Source of the DNA: an uncultured delta proteobacterium | Lineage (GTDB): Bacteria > Desulfobacterota > Binatia > UBA9968 | Direction of reading: 5' to 3' | Length of the DNA: 64,000 nt | NCBI GenBank assembly: GCA_963745035.1 | Contig: CAVUVW010000023.1 | Coordinates: 1-64,000, forward strand | Part shown: positions 42,775 through 54,437 of the stretch, piece by piece | How the letters are laid out: each line of letters opens with the position of its first letter | Position numbering within the stretch: the stretch's first letter is position 1 | Notes under the pieces: model-generated | Told to the model about the DNA's origin: nothing | Database searches by the model: none | The model's input: the letters and a program-made list of their open reading frames with translations, nothing else | Translations under genes and position numbers: made by a program

Positions 42775-43326
42775 GTGATCGTAGCGATGCCGTACGGCTG
42801 CGCCGGTTCGAAGTCGCTCTCGCAAGCATCGCGCATCGGCTTTGAGAAAGCCATCGACTGGTGGCAGAAGTCGATGCAGAATTCTAAGCACAAGACTTAC
42901 TTTATCCTCGCGGGCTATACAGACGATGCCGGGCAAGAACTTTCGGTTCGTCGGGAGATCATCAACAAGGCAACCATCGACCCTGAGCTATTGAGCAACC
43001 TCGTCGAGATCAGCGCCCGAAATGAGGAGGCGCTGGCGGTGAAAATCTCGCGAACGCGCCAATTGTTGCCTATCGAAACGATCACGGTTTTCGTCGAAAC
43101 GCGCAATGCAGTCAGCGTCAAAGCGATCTTTAAAAGGAAATTCGGCAAGACCCTGCAAATCAGAAAATTCAAAGCACGGTTTGAATTCAATCATCAGTGG
43201 ATTACCACCTCAACCTCGTTTGCCTGGTTATCCAGAAACTGGCTGCTGCGGGTTTGGTTCGCGATGAAAAAGCGGATGGGCCGACGCCTGCGGAAGAAAG
43301 TACGTTTTCTGTTCCGATCGTATTGA
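42775..43326 (+). CDS. Hypothetical protein
   Basis: 183-aa uninterrupted ORF. Confidence 0.55.
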   Translation: MIVAMPYGCAGSKSLSQASRIGFEKAIDWWQKSMQNSKHKTYFILAGYTDDAGQELSVRREIINKATIDPELLSNLVEISARNEEALAVKISRTRQLLPIETITVFVETRNAVSVKAIFKRKFGKTLQIRKFKARFEFNHQWITTSTSFAWLSRNWLLRVWFAMKKRMGRRLRKKVRFLFRSY

Positions 43327-43438
43327 TGACGGCAGGATAACGATAGGGCGAACCTAAGTGTTCGTCCTTAAAAATGCAGCGCCGGAACTGTTGCCCCTAC
43401 CTAGACACCAAGCCGCGTCCCCGATTACTCCGATTCTC

Positions 43439-44296
43439 TTAAGCCACCTTGGATACCCGCGGCGATGACTCCGCCGAGAAATCTTTCTCCACCCACCAAT
43501 TCGCGATCTCACTGCCGGTCGCGAACCAGACTCCTTCGTGGGATTTCATGTATTCGATCAAATTAGCCAAGGTCTTGGCTCGTCCGGGCCGGCTCGAGAT
43601 ATACGGGTGAAATTGAAACGGGCAGAACGTCGGCGCCGAGCTGGACTCTTCATAGAATTGATCGAACATAGCTTTCCAGATCGCCAGCGTGTCGTTTGGA
43701 TTGCCTGAGTCTCGATGACCATAGGTCCTGCCGTCGCCAAACGGTTGCCGCGGTAATTCTACGAGCTGCTTATCGCCGTCTTGCCAAACAAACGGTAAAT
43801 CGAAAGAGAAGGAATTACTGTTCCACAGGTAGCCCTGTTGCATCAGCAATTCCAAGCTATTTGGACTTTGCGTACAGGAGCGCCAGCCGACCGGCCGTTT
43901 TTGGGCGCGAGTGAGGATCATCTCAGTGGTCCGTTGTATCACGTCGCGCTCCTGCTCCCTGCTAAGGTCGCGCGCGACTTCATGATGATAGCCGTGGCCC
44001 GCCACTTCGTGTCCTTGAGCGATGATGGCAGCGACGGCTTCCGGATATCTTTCTGCGATCCCGCCGCAGGTCAAAAATGTTGCCTTCACATCGTTGGCCG
44101 AAAGGATACGCAGGATTCGCCAGATACCGGTATGCGGGCCGTATTCGGCCTGGGTGTACTCTTCGTGATTGATCCTACCGTTCTTATCCGGCCGAACATC
44201 CTCGCCACCTTGAAAATCGAAGCTCAGGAAGACGGCGATGCGATTGTTGCCGGGCCAAGATATGTCGCCCCGTGAATGACGTTGTTGCAGCTCCAT
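43439..44296 (-). CDS. Polysaccharide deacetylase (PuuE-like)
   Basis: SFDF, YGPHTGIWRIL, GHEVAGHGYHH, HPYISSRPGR. Confidence 0.85.
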   Translation of the reverse strand: MELQQRHSRGDISWPGNNRIAVFLSFDFQGGEDVRPDKNGRINHEEYTQAEYGPHTGIWRILRILSANDVKATFLTCGGIAERYPEAVAAIIAQGHEVAGHGYHHEVARDLSREQERDVIQRTTEMILTRAQKRPVGWRSCTQSPNSLELLMQQGYLWNSNSFSFDLPFVWQDGDKQLVELPRQPFGDGRTYGHRDSGNPNDTLAIWKAMFDQFYEESSSAPTFCPFQFHPYISSRPGRAKTLANLIEYMKSHEGVWFATGSEIANWWVEKDFSAESSPRVSKVA

Positions 44297-44585
44297 CTTG
44301 AACCTCCTTAACCTGCGACCGCTTTTTGAATAAATGAATTTTCGTCTCTTCTTCCTTTTAATCCAGCCGCGCCGGCCTTGCAACCTCGAGCGGCCGCGTT
44401 GTTGCTCCAGAAAAAAGAATGTATAGAAAGGACGATCGTCATTTTGGGAGGTGCGCCGTTCTTGCCCAGCAGTAAGAATCGACGATGCCAGCGCCTATCC
44501 GGGCGCAACCGCTCTTATGACCGTGGGGGATGAACAAACCGGAATAGAATTCTTAAAGGATGTAGCTCATCGCTTAGGAGGTTCG

Positions 44586-45587
44586 ATGTTTCTGCATAGT
44601 ACTATTCTGTTGCTGGGGCTGTTGCTGGCAACCGCAACCAATGCGCAGGAAAAAAAACTCGAACCGCTGATTGTCTCCTACAGTTCTTTCACCGGCAATC
44701 GCGCTCCGTTGTGGATTGCCAAGGATCTCGGACTGTATGAAAAGTATGGGCTCGATGTAAAACTCGTAAGCATTGCCGCAGGCAGCGTTTCTCTTACCGC
44801 TCTGCTCGCGGGGAATGTCCATCTCACTACCGATTCGAGCTCGGGTGTGGTCGGCGCGGTCGCGCGCGGCGCGCCAATCGTGACCGTTTCCACCAATGGC
44901 GCATTACCCTATCAGCTCATCGCCGTTCCCTCGATCAAATCGCCCTCAGAGCTGAGAGGTAAAATCATCGGCAGCAGCCGCATCGGCGCCGGCACGGATT
45001 TTCTCTTGCGGCGAATTCTTGCGAAAATCGGGTTCACTCCGGGTAAAGAAGTTTCGTTAATTCCAACCGGAGTGAGCGAGTCCGATAAACGAATTCAACT
45101 GATGTTCCAGGGCAAAATCGATGCAACCATCGGAGAGTCGGACAAGGTCTTTCAGTTCACTGAATTGAGCGGGCAGAAAATTTCGGTCTTGGGCGAACCC
45201 AAAGATTTCGGTGTACCGGCGCCGGGAAGCGAGCTCAACACCACCAGGTCAATCTTGAAAGAAATGCGGCCGCGATTGAAGGCTTTTTTCATGGCCTACA
45301 GCGAGGCCATTGCATTGGGCAGAAGAAACAAAGAGCTGGCCAATCAGGTATTCCGAAAGTACATGCGCATCGACAATCCGCAGCTTCTGGAGTTTACTTA
45401 CAGAGTCCAATTTTTAGAGGCGATTCCCGCAAAGCCTTATCCGCGGGAAGATGCCATTCAAGCGAGCATCGAGGACCTGAGGGAATCGACGCCAAAACTC
45501 GAAGGGATGAAAGCCGCGGAATTCTTCGACGGGTCGTTGATTAAAGAACTGGATAACGAGGGTTTCTTTACAAGAATAGGAAAATGA
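44586..45587 (+). CDS. NMT1/SsuA-like substrate-binding protein
   Basis: APLWIAKDLGLYEKYGL, GSSRIGAGTD. Confidence 0.8.
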   Translation: MFLHSTILLLGLLLATATNAQEKKLEPLIVSYSSFTGNRAPLWIAKDLGLYEKYGLDVKLVSIAAGSVSLTALLAGNVHLTTDSSSGVVGAVARGAPIVTVSTNGALPYQLIAVPSIKSPSELRGKIIGSSRIGAGTDFLLRRILAKIGFTPGKEVSLIPTGVSESDKRIQLMFQGKIDATIGESDKVFQFTELSGQKISVLGEPKDFGVPAPGSELNTTRSILKEMRPRLKAFFMAYSEAIALGRRNKELANQVFRKYMRIDNPQLLEFTYRVQFLEAIPAKPYPREDAIQASIEDLRESTPKLEGMKAAEFFDGSLIKELDNEGFFTRIGK

Positions 45588-46553
45588 GCATCGCATCAAC
45601 ACTAAAATTAATCGTAGCGCTGATCACTCTCTGCTTTTGGCCAGTACAATCCGCGCACTCGCAAGAGCGAGCTCGTATCGGCATCTCGGCCGCGTCGCTC
45701 GGCTTTCTCCCTACTGTCCTGGCGGAAAAGAAAGGCTTCTACAGTAAACATGGCATCAACTCTGAACACGTGTTGGTTCCCTGCGCGATTGCCACCAACG
45801 CTCTGCTATCCGATGATCTAGACTACGCGGTCTGCACCGGGCCGGGTATTTCAGGAGCCATCAAAGGGCTGCCGATCAAGCTGGTTATGACCACGCAGGA
45901 CAAGCTCGGCTATCTACTGTTGGTCAAACCCAACGTGCAAAAGTTAAGCGATCTGCGCGGCAAGACTATTGGCATCAGCACCTTTGGCAGCCAATTGTAT
46001 CTGACGAGCGTGACCTTGTTTCGTCAAGCCGCGAATGGAACCCGGGAAAGATATCAATCTCCTACCTGGCGGAGACAACACCGCCAGGCTTGCTGCCATG
46101 GATGCGGGAAAAATCGACGCAGCTTTTGTTTCTTCGCCGGCGGATATTTTTGGCGTTAAAAGAGGCTATCAAGTGCTGCTTTGGACACGCGACCATGTTC
46201 CATTGACGCAAAACGCCGTCGTCGTGACCGATAGAAGACTGAAACAGTCCCCCGAACAGGTAAAGCGCACGATCAAAGGAACCATTGAGGCTCTTAAATT
46301 CATGAGAGAAAACCAGGAGGAAAGCATAGCGATCGCTGCCAAATGGTTGAAGCTGGATCTCGCCATTACTCGTGCCGCCTTTGAGAACTATTTGCCGTGT
46401 TATAGCGCGGATGGCGGTTTGTCCGATCAAGCATTAAGAGATTTAGTCCGCTACGAACTGGATCGTACCAACCTCAAAAAGGAAATTCCTTTAACCCAGG
46501 TGGCGAGCCGCGATTTGCTCCAGCAAGCGCAAAGAGAACTCAATGTCCGATGA
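45584..46553 (+). CDS. NMT1/SsuA-like substrate-binding protein (frameshift)
   Basis: AEKKGFYSKHGI, LRGKTIGISTFGS. Confidence 0.8.
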
Positions 46554-47798
46554 CGCCACATGTCAATCGTGGCGGAACGCCTGCGCCCGCTCCCTGGATG
46601 GGATTCGGGTGCTCGATTTCACCCACGTCCTCGCCGGCCCGTTTTGCACCCGTCTGCTCGCCGATTTAGGCGCCGACGTGGTCCGGGTAGAAAGCAGCAA
46701 GCACCCGGATCATCCCTGGCAATCAACTTTTATCAGCGACGATCAGCGCCATGCTTCTTATTTAAATACCAATCGAAGCAAACGCTCCATCGCCATCGAT
46801 CTCAAGAACGAAGCCGGACAGAAAATCGCGCTCAAGCTAGCGGCTGCCGCCGATGTCGCTCATCGAAAATTTCAGCGCCGGTGTCATGGGCGGCTTAAAC
46901 TGGATTACCAGAGCATTGCAAGACTCAATCCCAGACTCTATCTACGTCAGCATGTCCGGATATGGCCACGACGGCCCGCGGCGCGACTGGACCAGCATGA
47001 ACATGAACCTGCAGGGATACAGCGGTCTGATGATGGTCACCGGCGCCGAAGGCGATCCGCCCACTGCCATTTCGAACTCGTGGAATGATTACATCGGTGG
47101 TCTGCACGCATGCTTTGCCGTGCTCGCAGGCGGTGGATCAGCGCGCCGACAGCGGCACGCGGAAGCCTACATCGATTTAAGCCAATTCGAATGCAGCGCG
47201 GCGATGATCGGCCCGTTGTTACTGAGCAGCGCGGTAAACAGCAAGATCCCCGTCCGCCGGGGCAACCGTTCGGCAGCTGTCGCTCCCCAAGGGGTTTATC
47301 GCTGCGCCGGGACGGACGATTGGTGCACCCTGAGCATCGAAAACGAAGAGCAATGGAAGGCACTTGCCAAAGTTATCGGACAAAGAGAATTTAGTTTCGG
47401 ATACGTAGCTTGCAATACGTCGCCGGACGAATGACCCATCACGATGAGATCGATCGGCAGATCGAAGCTTGGACTGCAACGATTTTCCAGCGCCGAAGTC
47501 GAATCTCGGCTGAAAGCAGCCGGCATTCCGGCCGAACGGGTGCGACGCATCAACGAAGTAATCGATGATGCCGATGGCCAAATCAGTTTTCTCGACGAAT
47601 GGAGGAGCGGCGAGTCGGGTCGATGCTGACAACTCGCCTGCCCTTTCACGCTTTCCCCGAGTCTCGCTGCCGGCACCGCGCAGCGCCCCGGTCTTTGGAG
47701 AGCACAACGCCGAAGTGCTGCAGCAATGGTTGAATCTTTCCGATGAGCAATTCGACGAAATCGAGAAACCAGAAGGCTTTCACATGACCATTCCGTGA
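46543..47798 (+). CDS. Family III CoA-transferase (CaiB/BaiF; frameshifts)
   Basis: LDGIRVLDFTHVLAGP, NRSKRSIAIDL, SGYGHDGP, APVFGEHN. Confidence 0.85.
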
Positions 47799-48325
47799 GC
47801 TTCCATTATCACGCCGGAATTGCGTGGCTGGATCGGTCGACAAAGTCGGTCGCGAGCTCTGGAAACTGAAGTGCCTCCGACGTGCGCCGTTACGTCGATG
47901 CGACTGGCGACGCAAATCCTCTGTGGCTGGATGAAGAGTTCGCCCGGACAGCGGGCTATCGTGGCCGTTTGCTTCCGCCGACGTTGGTGGGCTGGGTTCC
48001 GTTCAGCTTCAGAGAGGGCACGGAACGAGCCAATTCCGATCCGACCGACCTGCGGCGGCAGCTGCCACTGCCCCGGAGTATACCAATGTGCGCAATGCCG
48101 GATCTGAAACGGAATGGGTTCAACCCGCTTATCTGGGAGAACAACTTTCAACCAGAAGCCCATCCTGGATATAGTCGCGCGCCAAGGACGCGCCGGATTG
48201 GGCATCTACATTACGCAGGAAGAGCAGATTGTTAACTCTGCCGGGCAAGTCGTGTTGCGCCGGCGCCATACCTCGCCGTGTTCCCCGACAAAAAATTTCC
48301 CAGCGAATCGGAGAATTCCAAATAG
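47795..48325 (+). CDS. MaoC/FAS1-like hotdog dehydratase (frameshifts)
   Basis: VRRYVDATGDANPLWLDEEFA...LPPT. Confidence 0.75.
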
Positions 48326-49427
48326 ATGGCACGAATCATAGATCTAACCGGCATGATCGGATCTTACGCCACCCGGCTCTTTGCCGAAGAGCGGCATGAG
48401 GTGGTTCGGGTTGAAAAACCCGCCGGCGACGAATTGAGACGGCTAGCCGCCTTTTCTGGGCGGCAAACAGGACATGGAACACGGCGCTTACCACCAGTTT
48501 TTAAATGCCGGAAAAAAAAGCTTGGCGCTCGATTTGGATTCGCTCCCCAGATCAAAAACTGTTTCTCGACCTACTCTCCCGAAGTGATATTCTGGTAACC
48601 GATGACCCGTTGCCTTTCAACGAACAGCTTTGCTTCGAAGCCAATCCGAAACTGGTTCTGACAAAAATAGAGAACGATGCGCCGGAAATCTGTGCGATGG
48701 CGCGATCTGGACTTATGTCGCTCACGGGCCAGCCGAATCAAGCACCGATGATCCTCGGAGGCCACATCCCGTTTTTGGCCGTCGGCGCCTACGTAAGCGT
48801 CGCTACCGCCGCCGCTTTGCTGTCGTGCAAGAGCAGTGGCCGCGCAGTGGTCGCGACGGTTTCGATGCAGCGAATCGCTGGAATCTTTCGTCGAGCAGGC
48901 GATGGTCGAATACAGTTTTTCCGGAACCATCACCGAGCGGCGCGGCAGCAAGGGCGCAATCACGGCGGTGTCCGGCGCCCTGCCATGTAAAAATGGCCAC
49001 TGGGTGATCAGCCAGATCCATCGTCCCGGGCGCTGGGCTAAATTCGTCGATTGGGTGCAGGATCCGGAACTAAGCTCGGATCCTTCGCTGGCGGACGAAG
49101 AAAACCAACACAAAAGACGCGACTTTATCATGGATCGCCTGAACTGCTTGGGCAACGCGTTTCAGCAAAGCGGAACTGGTGGAAGAAGCCCAGCGCCGGC
49201 ACTTTCCCGCCTCGCCGGTTTCGACCACCCTCGACCTTGTCGACGATCCCCAACTGATCGCGCGTGGATTTTTACAGGAAATGAATCATCCACTGCTTGG
49301 GCGAATCACATTTCCAACGGGCGCCCTTGCCACAGTCGTCGGTGCTCAGCTTAGCCCAGCGCCGCGACTGGGGGAACATAATGCGCAGATCTTGAAGGAA
49401 CTTCGGCACGGCAGCTGGCAAGAATGA
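48326..49427 (+). CDS. Family III CoA-transferase second subunit (frameshifts)
   Basis: IIDLTGMIGSYATRLFA, LNAGKKS, SGLMSLTG, APRLGEHN. Confidence 0.8.
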
Positions 49428-49915
49428 ATCCCGCAGGTAGTCAACGAGAAATGATGCAACACGTTTCGGCAAACCAACAAGTAACTTTCTTCGATAACAT
49501 CGCTGTGGGCGATTCGATTCCCAGTCGAGACTACGGTTCTCTGACCATCGTCGATACAGTGCGTTGGGCCGGTTTACAAGAAAACGTGCAGCACCTGCAT
49601 TTCGACCGCGAACATGTGCGCCAGCATAACGGCCTGCGCACATTCATAGCGAGCGGCGCCTATCGCCAGGCGCTGCTCATCCGGATGCTGACGGATTGGA
49701 TCAGCCCGCGCGGCTGGTTGCGCAAGATCACCGTGCGCAATACCTATTCGACATTCGAAGGCGATATGATGCATTTTTCCGCACAGGTCGCGGGTAAATC
49801 GGCCGATTTTTCCGATCCATGGATCGTCTGCGATCTCGAAGGAAAAAATCAGGAGGATCGACAAATTTTAACCGGACGCTGCACATTGATTCTCCCGATA
49901 CGTAAAGATAAATAA
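49424..49915 (+). CDS. MaoC-family hotdog dehydratase
   Basis: VRWAGLQENVQHLHFD. Confidence 0.75.
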   Translation: MNPAGSQREMMQHVSANQQVTFFDNIAVGDSIPSRDYGSLTIVDTVRWAGLQENVQHLHFDREHVRQHNGLRTFIASGAYRQALLIRMLTDWISPRGWLRKITVRNTYSTFEGDMMHFSAQVAGKSADFSDPWIVCDLEGKNQEDRQILTGRCTLILPIRKDK

Positions 49916-50035
49916 AGCGAGGTTCAGTCATTGCAACAAACCGTGCAGGACTGTCCTTCAACGATCGATCTTGGGCGCGGATCAAGCCTAAAAATCGCTT
50001 CTCCGGACTTTGAAAATGAGCTATGAGGCATAGCT

Positions 50036-50902
50036 ATGGAGACAAAAGTAACCTTTGACTCAGCCGGTTTGAAGTTATCCGGTGTTCTGCACACGCCTGT
50101 CGATTTGAAAGCAGGCCAGCGTCGTCCGGCTTTTCTCGTCCTGCATGGCTTCGGCGGCAGCAAGAGTGGGCAAGGCCAAAGTCTTATCGCCAATCAATTA
50201 GCCGGCTGGGGCTACATCGTCATGCGTTTTGACTTCCGCGGTTGCGGTGAGAGCGAGGGCGAACGCGGCTGGATTCTTTGCCTCGATCAAGTTGCCGACA
50301 CATCCAGCGCCCTCTCTTACATGGCGCGCCGCCCTTATGTCGCTGCCGATCGTATCGCTCTGATCGGCAGCAGCTTCGGCGCTGCGGTGGCGATCTACAC
50401 CGGCGGCGTCGACAAGCGAGTTGCCGCCGTGATCTCGTCAGGAGGTTGGGGTGACGGCGAGCGGAAATTTCGCCGGCAACATCCGACACCTGAGGCTTGG
50501 ACGCGCTTCAACGATATGTTGGAAGAAGGACGACGCTATCGGCAACAGAACGGCAAGTCACTCATGGTGCCGCGCTTTGATATCGTGCCTATTCCCGAGC
50601 GGCTGCGTGACCGCATGAGCCCAGGCTCGATTATGGAATTCCCCGCCGAGACCGCGCAAAGCATGTACGATTTTCGCGCCGACGAGCAAGTCGGCAAGAT
50701 CGCTCCCCGGCCGCTGCTGCTCTTGCACAGCGCCAATGATTCGGTGACGCCAACCGACGAATCCATCGAGTTGTTCAAGCGCGCCAAACAACCCGCCGAG
50801 CTTCACTTATTTTCGGAAGTCGATCACTTCATGTTCGGCGAGGAAAATGCCCGCGTCAATCGCATTTTGGCCGATTGGCTCGAGCGCTATTTTCCTCTGT
50901 AA
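50036..50902 (+). CDS. Alpha/beta hydrolase
   Basis: LHGFGG, FDFRGCGESEG, GSSFG, PRPLLLLH. Confidence 0.85.
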   Translation: METKVTFDSAGLKLSGVLHTPVDLKAGQRRPAFLVLHGFGGSKSGQGQSLIANQLAGWGYIVMRFDFRGCGESEGERGWILCLDQVADTSSALSYMARRPYVAADRIALIGSSFGAAVAIYTGGVDKRVAAVISSGGWGDGERKFRRQHPTPEAWTRFNDMLEEGRRYRQQNGKSLMVPRFDIVPIPERLRDRMSPGSIMEFPAETAQSMYDFRADEQVGKIAPRPLLLLHSANDSVTPTDESIELFKRAKQPAELHLFSEVDHFMFGEENARVNRILADWLERYFPL

Positions 50903-50918
50903 AACAGCTAGAGGACTC

Positions 50919-51980
50919 GTGCCCAGAATCGATCACATCCAACTGCTCCGTTTTAGCGAAGAGCTATTTCTGGCCGGCGGCATGCTTAAAGGCGATGCCG
51001 AACTCGTTGCGCGGCTGCTCGTGAAAGCCGATTTGCGCGGTTATCCGGGTCACGGTGTGACGCGCATTCCTTCCTATCTGGCATGGACTCATGACGGAAC
51101 CATCGATCTTCGAAAGCGGCCAAAGATTATCCGCGAAGGAAAAATCACGGCAGTTATCGAAGGTAACCACTACATCGGCCAAGTCGCGGCTTGCACTGCA
51201 ATGGATCTGGCCATAGAGAAGGCCAAAAAACATGGGGCCGGCCTGGTTTGTCTGCGTCATGCGAGTCATACGGGGCGGCTGGCCGATTACATGGAAATGG
51301 CTGCGGATGCCGGCATGATCGCGATGGGCGCCGTCAGCGTTGGCGCGGGAACGACGACGTTGTACGGCGGCATGGAGCGTGTGACCGGCACCAATCCGAT
51401 TGCCTTCGGCATTCCGGCGCGAGACGGCCGACACATCATCCTTGATTTCGCCACCGCGGCAATGAGCATGGGGGAACTTCAAAAACGCGTAACCAGGAAA
51501 CAACCGATTCCGGAAGGCGTCATGCTCGACAGCTCGGGAAATCCGACAACCGATTTCAAAGCGTTTCGCGGCGCATCGCGCGGCGTCTTTCTCCCCTTTG
51601 GCGGCTACAAAGGGTCAGGGGTCGCCTTGATCACGGAAATTCTTGGCGGCATTCTGACGGGCAACGGCTTAGGCAGCGAGTGGTGGGCAAACGGCGGACA
51701 TGGTATCAATGGCGTCTTTCTGCAAGCGTTTAGCGTAGAAGAGTTTCAAGAGCCGGACGCTTTTTATGACAAGGTCGATAAATTACTCTCGTCGATTAAA
51801 TCAATTAAGCCCGCGCCGGGATTCACTGAAGTCCTCGTGCCCGGTGAAAACGGCAGGCGCAAGGAACAGAGACAGCGCAAGGACGGTGTTGATATCGATG
51901 AACCGACTTGGAGCCGCTTGCAGAAACTAGCGGCAGAGCTCGGGATTGCAACGCCTGAACCCAAGGAAGATTACAAATAA
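50919..51980 (+). CDS. Ldh_2 family (malate/L-lactate-type) oxidoreductase
   Basis: ADLRG..HG, SHTGRL, GTNPIAF, GGYKGSG, VPGE. Confidence 0.9.
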   Translation: MPRIDHIQLLRFSEELFLAGGMLKGDAELVARLLVKADLRGYPGHGVTRIPSYLAWTHDGTIDLRKRPKIIREGKITAVIEGNHYIGQVAACTAMDLAIEKAKKHGAGLVCLRHASHTGRLADYMEMAADAGMIAMGAVSVGAGTTTLYGGMERVTGTNPIAFGIPARDGRHIILDFATAAMSMGELQKRVTRKQPIPEGVMLDSSGNPTTDFKAFRGASRGVFLPFGGYKGSGVALITEILGGILTGNGLGSEWWANGGHGINGVFLQAFSVEEFQEPDAFYDKVDKLLSSIKSIKPAPGFTEVLVPGENGRRKEQRQRKDGVDIDEPTWSRLQKLAAELGIATPEPKEDYK

Positions 51981-51992
51981 GGAGCATCGAAC

Positions 51993-52814
51993 ATGGTGAT
52001 ACGCGAACTAAAAGATGGTCGTTCTTACGTCAGCCTACAGGAAGATCACGCGGAACTCTCCGCACAATTCGCCGCCCACTGGGGCAACGGGCGCTTTTCA
52101 CAACTCCGGCCCTACAAGACGATGGTATTCGCTACGACCTATCATGATAGCGGCTATCGTGAATTCGAAGGCAATCCGCCGATCAACGCCGAGAAAGGCC
52201 GGCCCTACGCTCATCGCGAAAGCATTCCGTCATTTGAAGCTACCGAGCTAAAGGCCTATGCAAACAACGTCGAATGGCTTTGTTCGCACGACCTCTACGC
52301 CGGCCTGATCGTGTCGATGCACCGCACCGGCTTATGGCACAACCGCTACAATGTCTTTACAAAACCTGCAGGCAATGTGCGCGAACGGAGCGTGGAAGTG
52401 CAAAACGCCAAAAAGGAGTTGGAAGCGAAGCAGGAAGACTATAAAAAATTGCTCGCCGCTAAAAATCCAGAGTTCGAAAACGAGCTTTCGTACAATTATC
52501 GGGCATTGCAAATCTTCGATCTATTATCGCTTTATTTTTGTTGTGACGGGTATGCATCTGAAAAGGAATTCAAGGAGTATACAATTGCACCGATCCGGAT
52601 TGCCTATGACACTAACGAAGAGGCGGAGCTGAAGATTACGCCCACTGGGCCCGGCTCGGTGAAAATGACCCCCTACCCGTTCGACGCAAGCCCGCTGCAG
52701 TTTTCAGTGCGAACGAGGCTCATGACCCCGGCCAAAGGACAATCGGCCGAAGCCGGTCTTGAGGCATATCAAAAAGCCCCGCGGCAGTTACTGACATTCG
52801 AGGTTAATCGTTAA
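51993..52814 (+). CDS. DUF3891 family protein
   Basis: QEDHAELSAQFAAHWGN, HDSG, SMH, DLLSLYFC. Confidence 0.75.
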   Translation: MVIRELKDGRSYVSLQEDHAELSAQFAAHWGNGRFSQLRPYKTMVFATTYHDSGYREFEGNPPINAEKGRPYAHRESIPSFEATELKAYANNVEWLCSHDLYAGLIVSMHRTGLWHNRYNVFTKPAGNVRERSVEVQNAKKELEAKQEDYKKLLAAKNPEFENELSYNYRALQIFDLLSLYFCCDGYASEKEFKEYTIAPIRIAYDTNEEAELKITPTGPGSVKMTPYPFDASPLQFSVRTRLMTPAKGQSAEAGLEAYQKAPRQLLTFEVNR

Positions 52815-52860
52815 TTTCGCTAAGCGGTCAAGCCAAGCCTCAACCGGAAGCAGGACGATT

Positions 52861-52941
52861 TCACCGCAGAGAACGCAGAGTACGCAGAGAAACAAATCCC
52901 ATGAGAGCCAATCTCTGTGTCCTCTGTGCTCTCTGCGGTGA
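52861..52941. repeat. Inverted 9-nt-period (ACGCAGAG) palindromic element
   Basis: tcaccgcagagaacgcagagtacgcagag ... ctctgtgtcctctgtgctctctgcggtga. Confidence 0.85.
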
Positions 52942-52981
52942 CAAATTCTTTTTGCTTTTCTTACGTAGTGCCTGTCCATCC

Positions 52982-53622
52982 CTACTCATCATAGATCTCC
53001 ACCCGAATCGCCTGTCCCCTGCCCGACTCCGGACATGCACTTGCCGCAACTAAACAATCCATCTCAGCACGAAAATCTACATGGGCCTCGTCCTTCGGCC
53101 TGATCATCGTGTCGTACATGATTCCCGTGTCCGGATCGATGCGCATGCATTGGAAGATGTTAAATGGACTTGGGATGTCCTCGGGCGCTATCTTCCAATC
53201 CTTTAGCGCGTTACTGAGGTTCTCAAAACAACCATGATCCGGGAATTTCTTGCGGGTGCTTTGGGATTGATATCAACACCTTCGGCGAAAACGCGTTTTG
53301 GCTTGCCTTGTGCCACCATCTCAAAACGGTTGCGGCTGCACATGCCCTTCTGCAGATCGTGCCGTCCTTCGGTAAATGTGTCTTCGACAATGGTCAGCAT
53401 CGGATTGTTGCGCTTGGAAAAAAGGACGTCGCCGGTGCTGATAAAAATTTTGACTTGATTGGTCTTGGTCCGTGCCTGATCGAAGCGTTCGGTCAAGTCG
53501 TCAAAATTGAACGCGACAAAGTCTACGATACTTTTTCCGGCGATACGGAGTCGCTGTCCTTTCTTGACGACATAGGCCCGACCGGAGTTCTTGGGAATAT
53601 GATCACTCTTTAAAACCGCCAC
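52982..53622 (-). CDS. DUF1989 (urea-carboxylase-associated) protein (frameshift)
   Basis: DFVAFN, HDL..MCS, DIPSPFNIF, CLVAASACP. Confidence 0.8.
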
Positions 53623-53905
53623 TCTGCTCTCCTTCGACACACGCCTGCCAAGCAACGCAAGTCTTTCATGATGTTCTTATTATTGTCAATAAAGCGTGCG
53701 CTTCATTGTAGGTCCAAAGGTGACTAGAGGCGCCATAATCGCCGCTCAGGGGCGAGGCTCAACTCGTAAACTAGTCAGTGACCCATAACTCGAGGGAGAT
53801 GCTGCTTCGCCAGACAACAGATTCGCCCCGGCCTCACTGGATTCCGGCATCTCAATTGCCGATAATTTAAGTGGGAAGACTAACCCCAATAAGGAGGAAC
53901 CGAGC

Positions 53906-54253
53906 ATGGCTGAAACAAGCATTACCAAAGTAAACGCAAAATCTTCTCCCAAAGGTGCCATGGGCCAGAAGTATCTTGCTTCCGGCGTAAGCATGGCGAT
54001 GCGCTTGTGGGAAGACGAACAACCGGGCCAGGAAAAACCTGCAAGCCAGCGCGATTACGAAACGGTCGGCTACGTTATCAAGGGAAGGGCCGAATTGCAT
54101 CTGGGCGAACAGCTCGTGCTGTTAGAAGCCGGCGACTCTTGGGTTGTGCCGCGCGGCGCTCGCCACAGCTACCGGATCCTTGAATCTTTCACGGCCGTCG
54201 AAGCCACCCATCCACCGGCATTTGTTCACGGTCGAGATGAAAAGGAGCGTTAG
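53906..54253 (+). CDS. Cupin domain protein
   Basis: ETVGYVIKGRAEL...GDSWVVPRGARHSY. Confidence 0.85.
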   Translation: MAETSITKVNAKSSPKGAMGQKYLASGVSMAMRLWEDEQPGQEKPASQRDYETVGYVIKGRAELHLGEQLVLLEAGDSWVVPRGARHSYRILESFTAVEATHPPAFVHGRDEKER

Positions 54254-54437
54254 CCGAGGCGGGACAGTGCGAACTTGTCCCAACCTGAATAATTGATGGT
54301 GTCGCGCCATATCTATCTCCGTCGACGATCGCACCAATGATTTCGAGTTAGCTTACCTCACGCCTTGAGTGGGATCGATTGGTTCGCTGTGCAGATCGAT
54401 AAACGTCGCCTGTGCACCGGCCCGGTGACCGACGGCA

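Noticed and set aside
53790-53855. Possible structured RNA (gagatgc...gcatctc) upstream of the cupin gene
   Set aside because: Only a short stem, with no recognisable riboswitch consensus.
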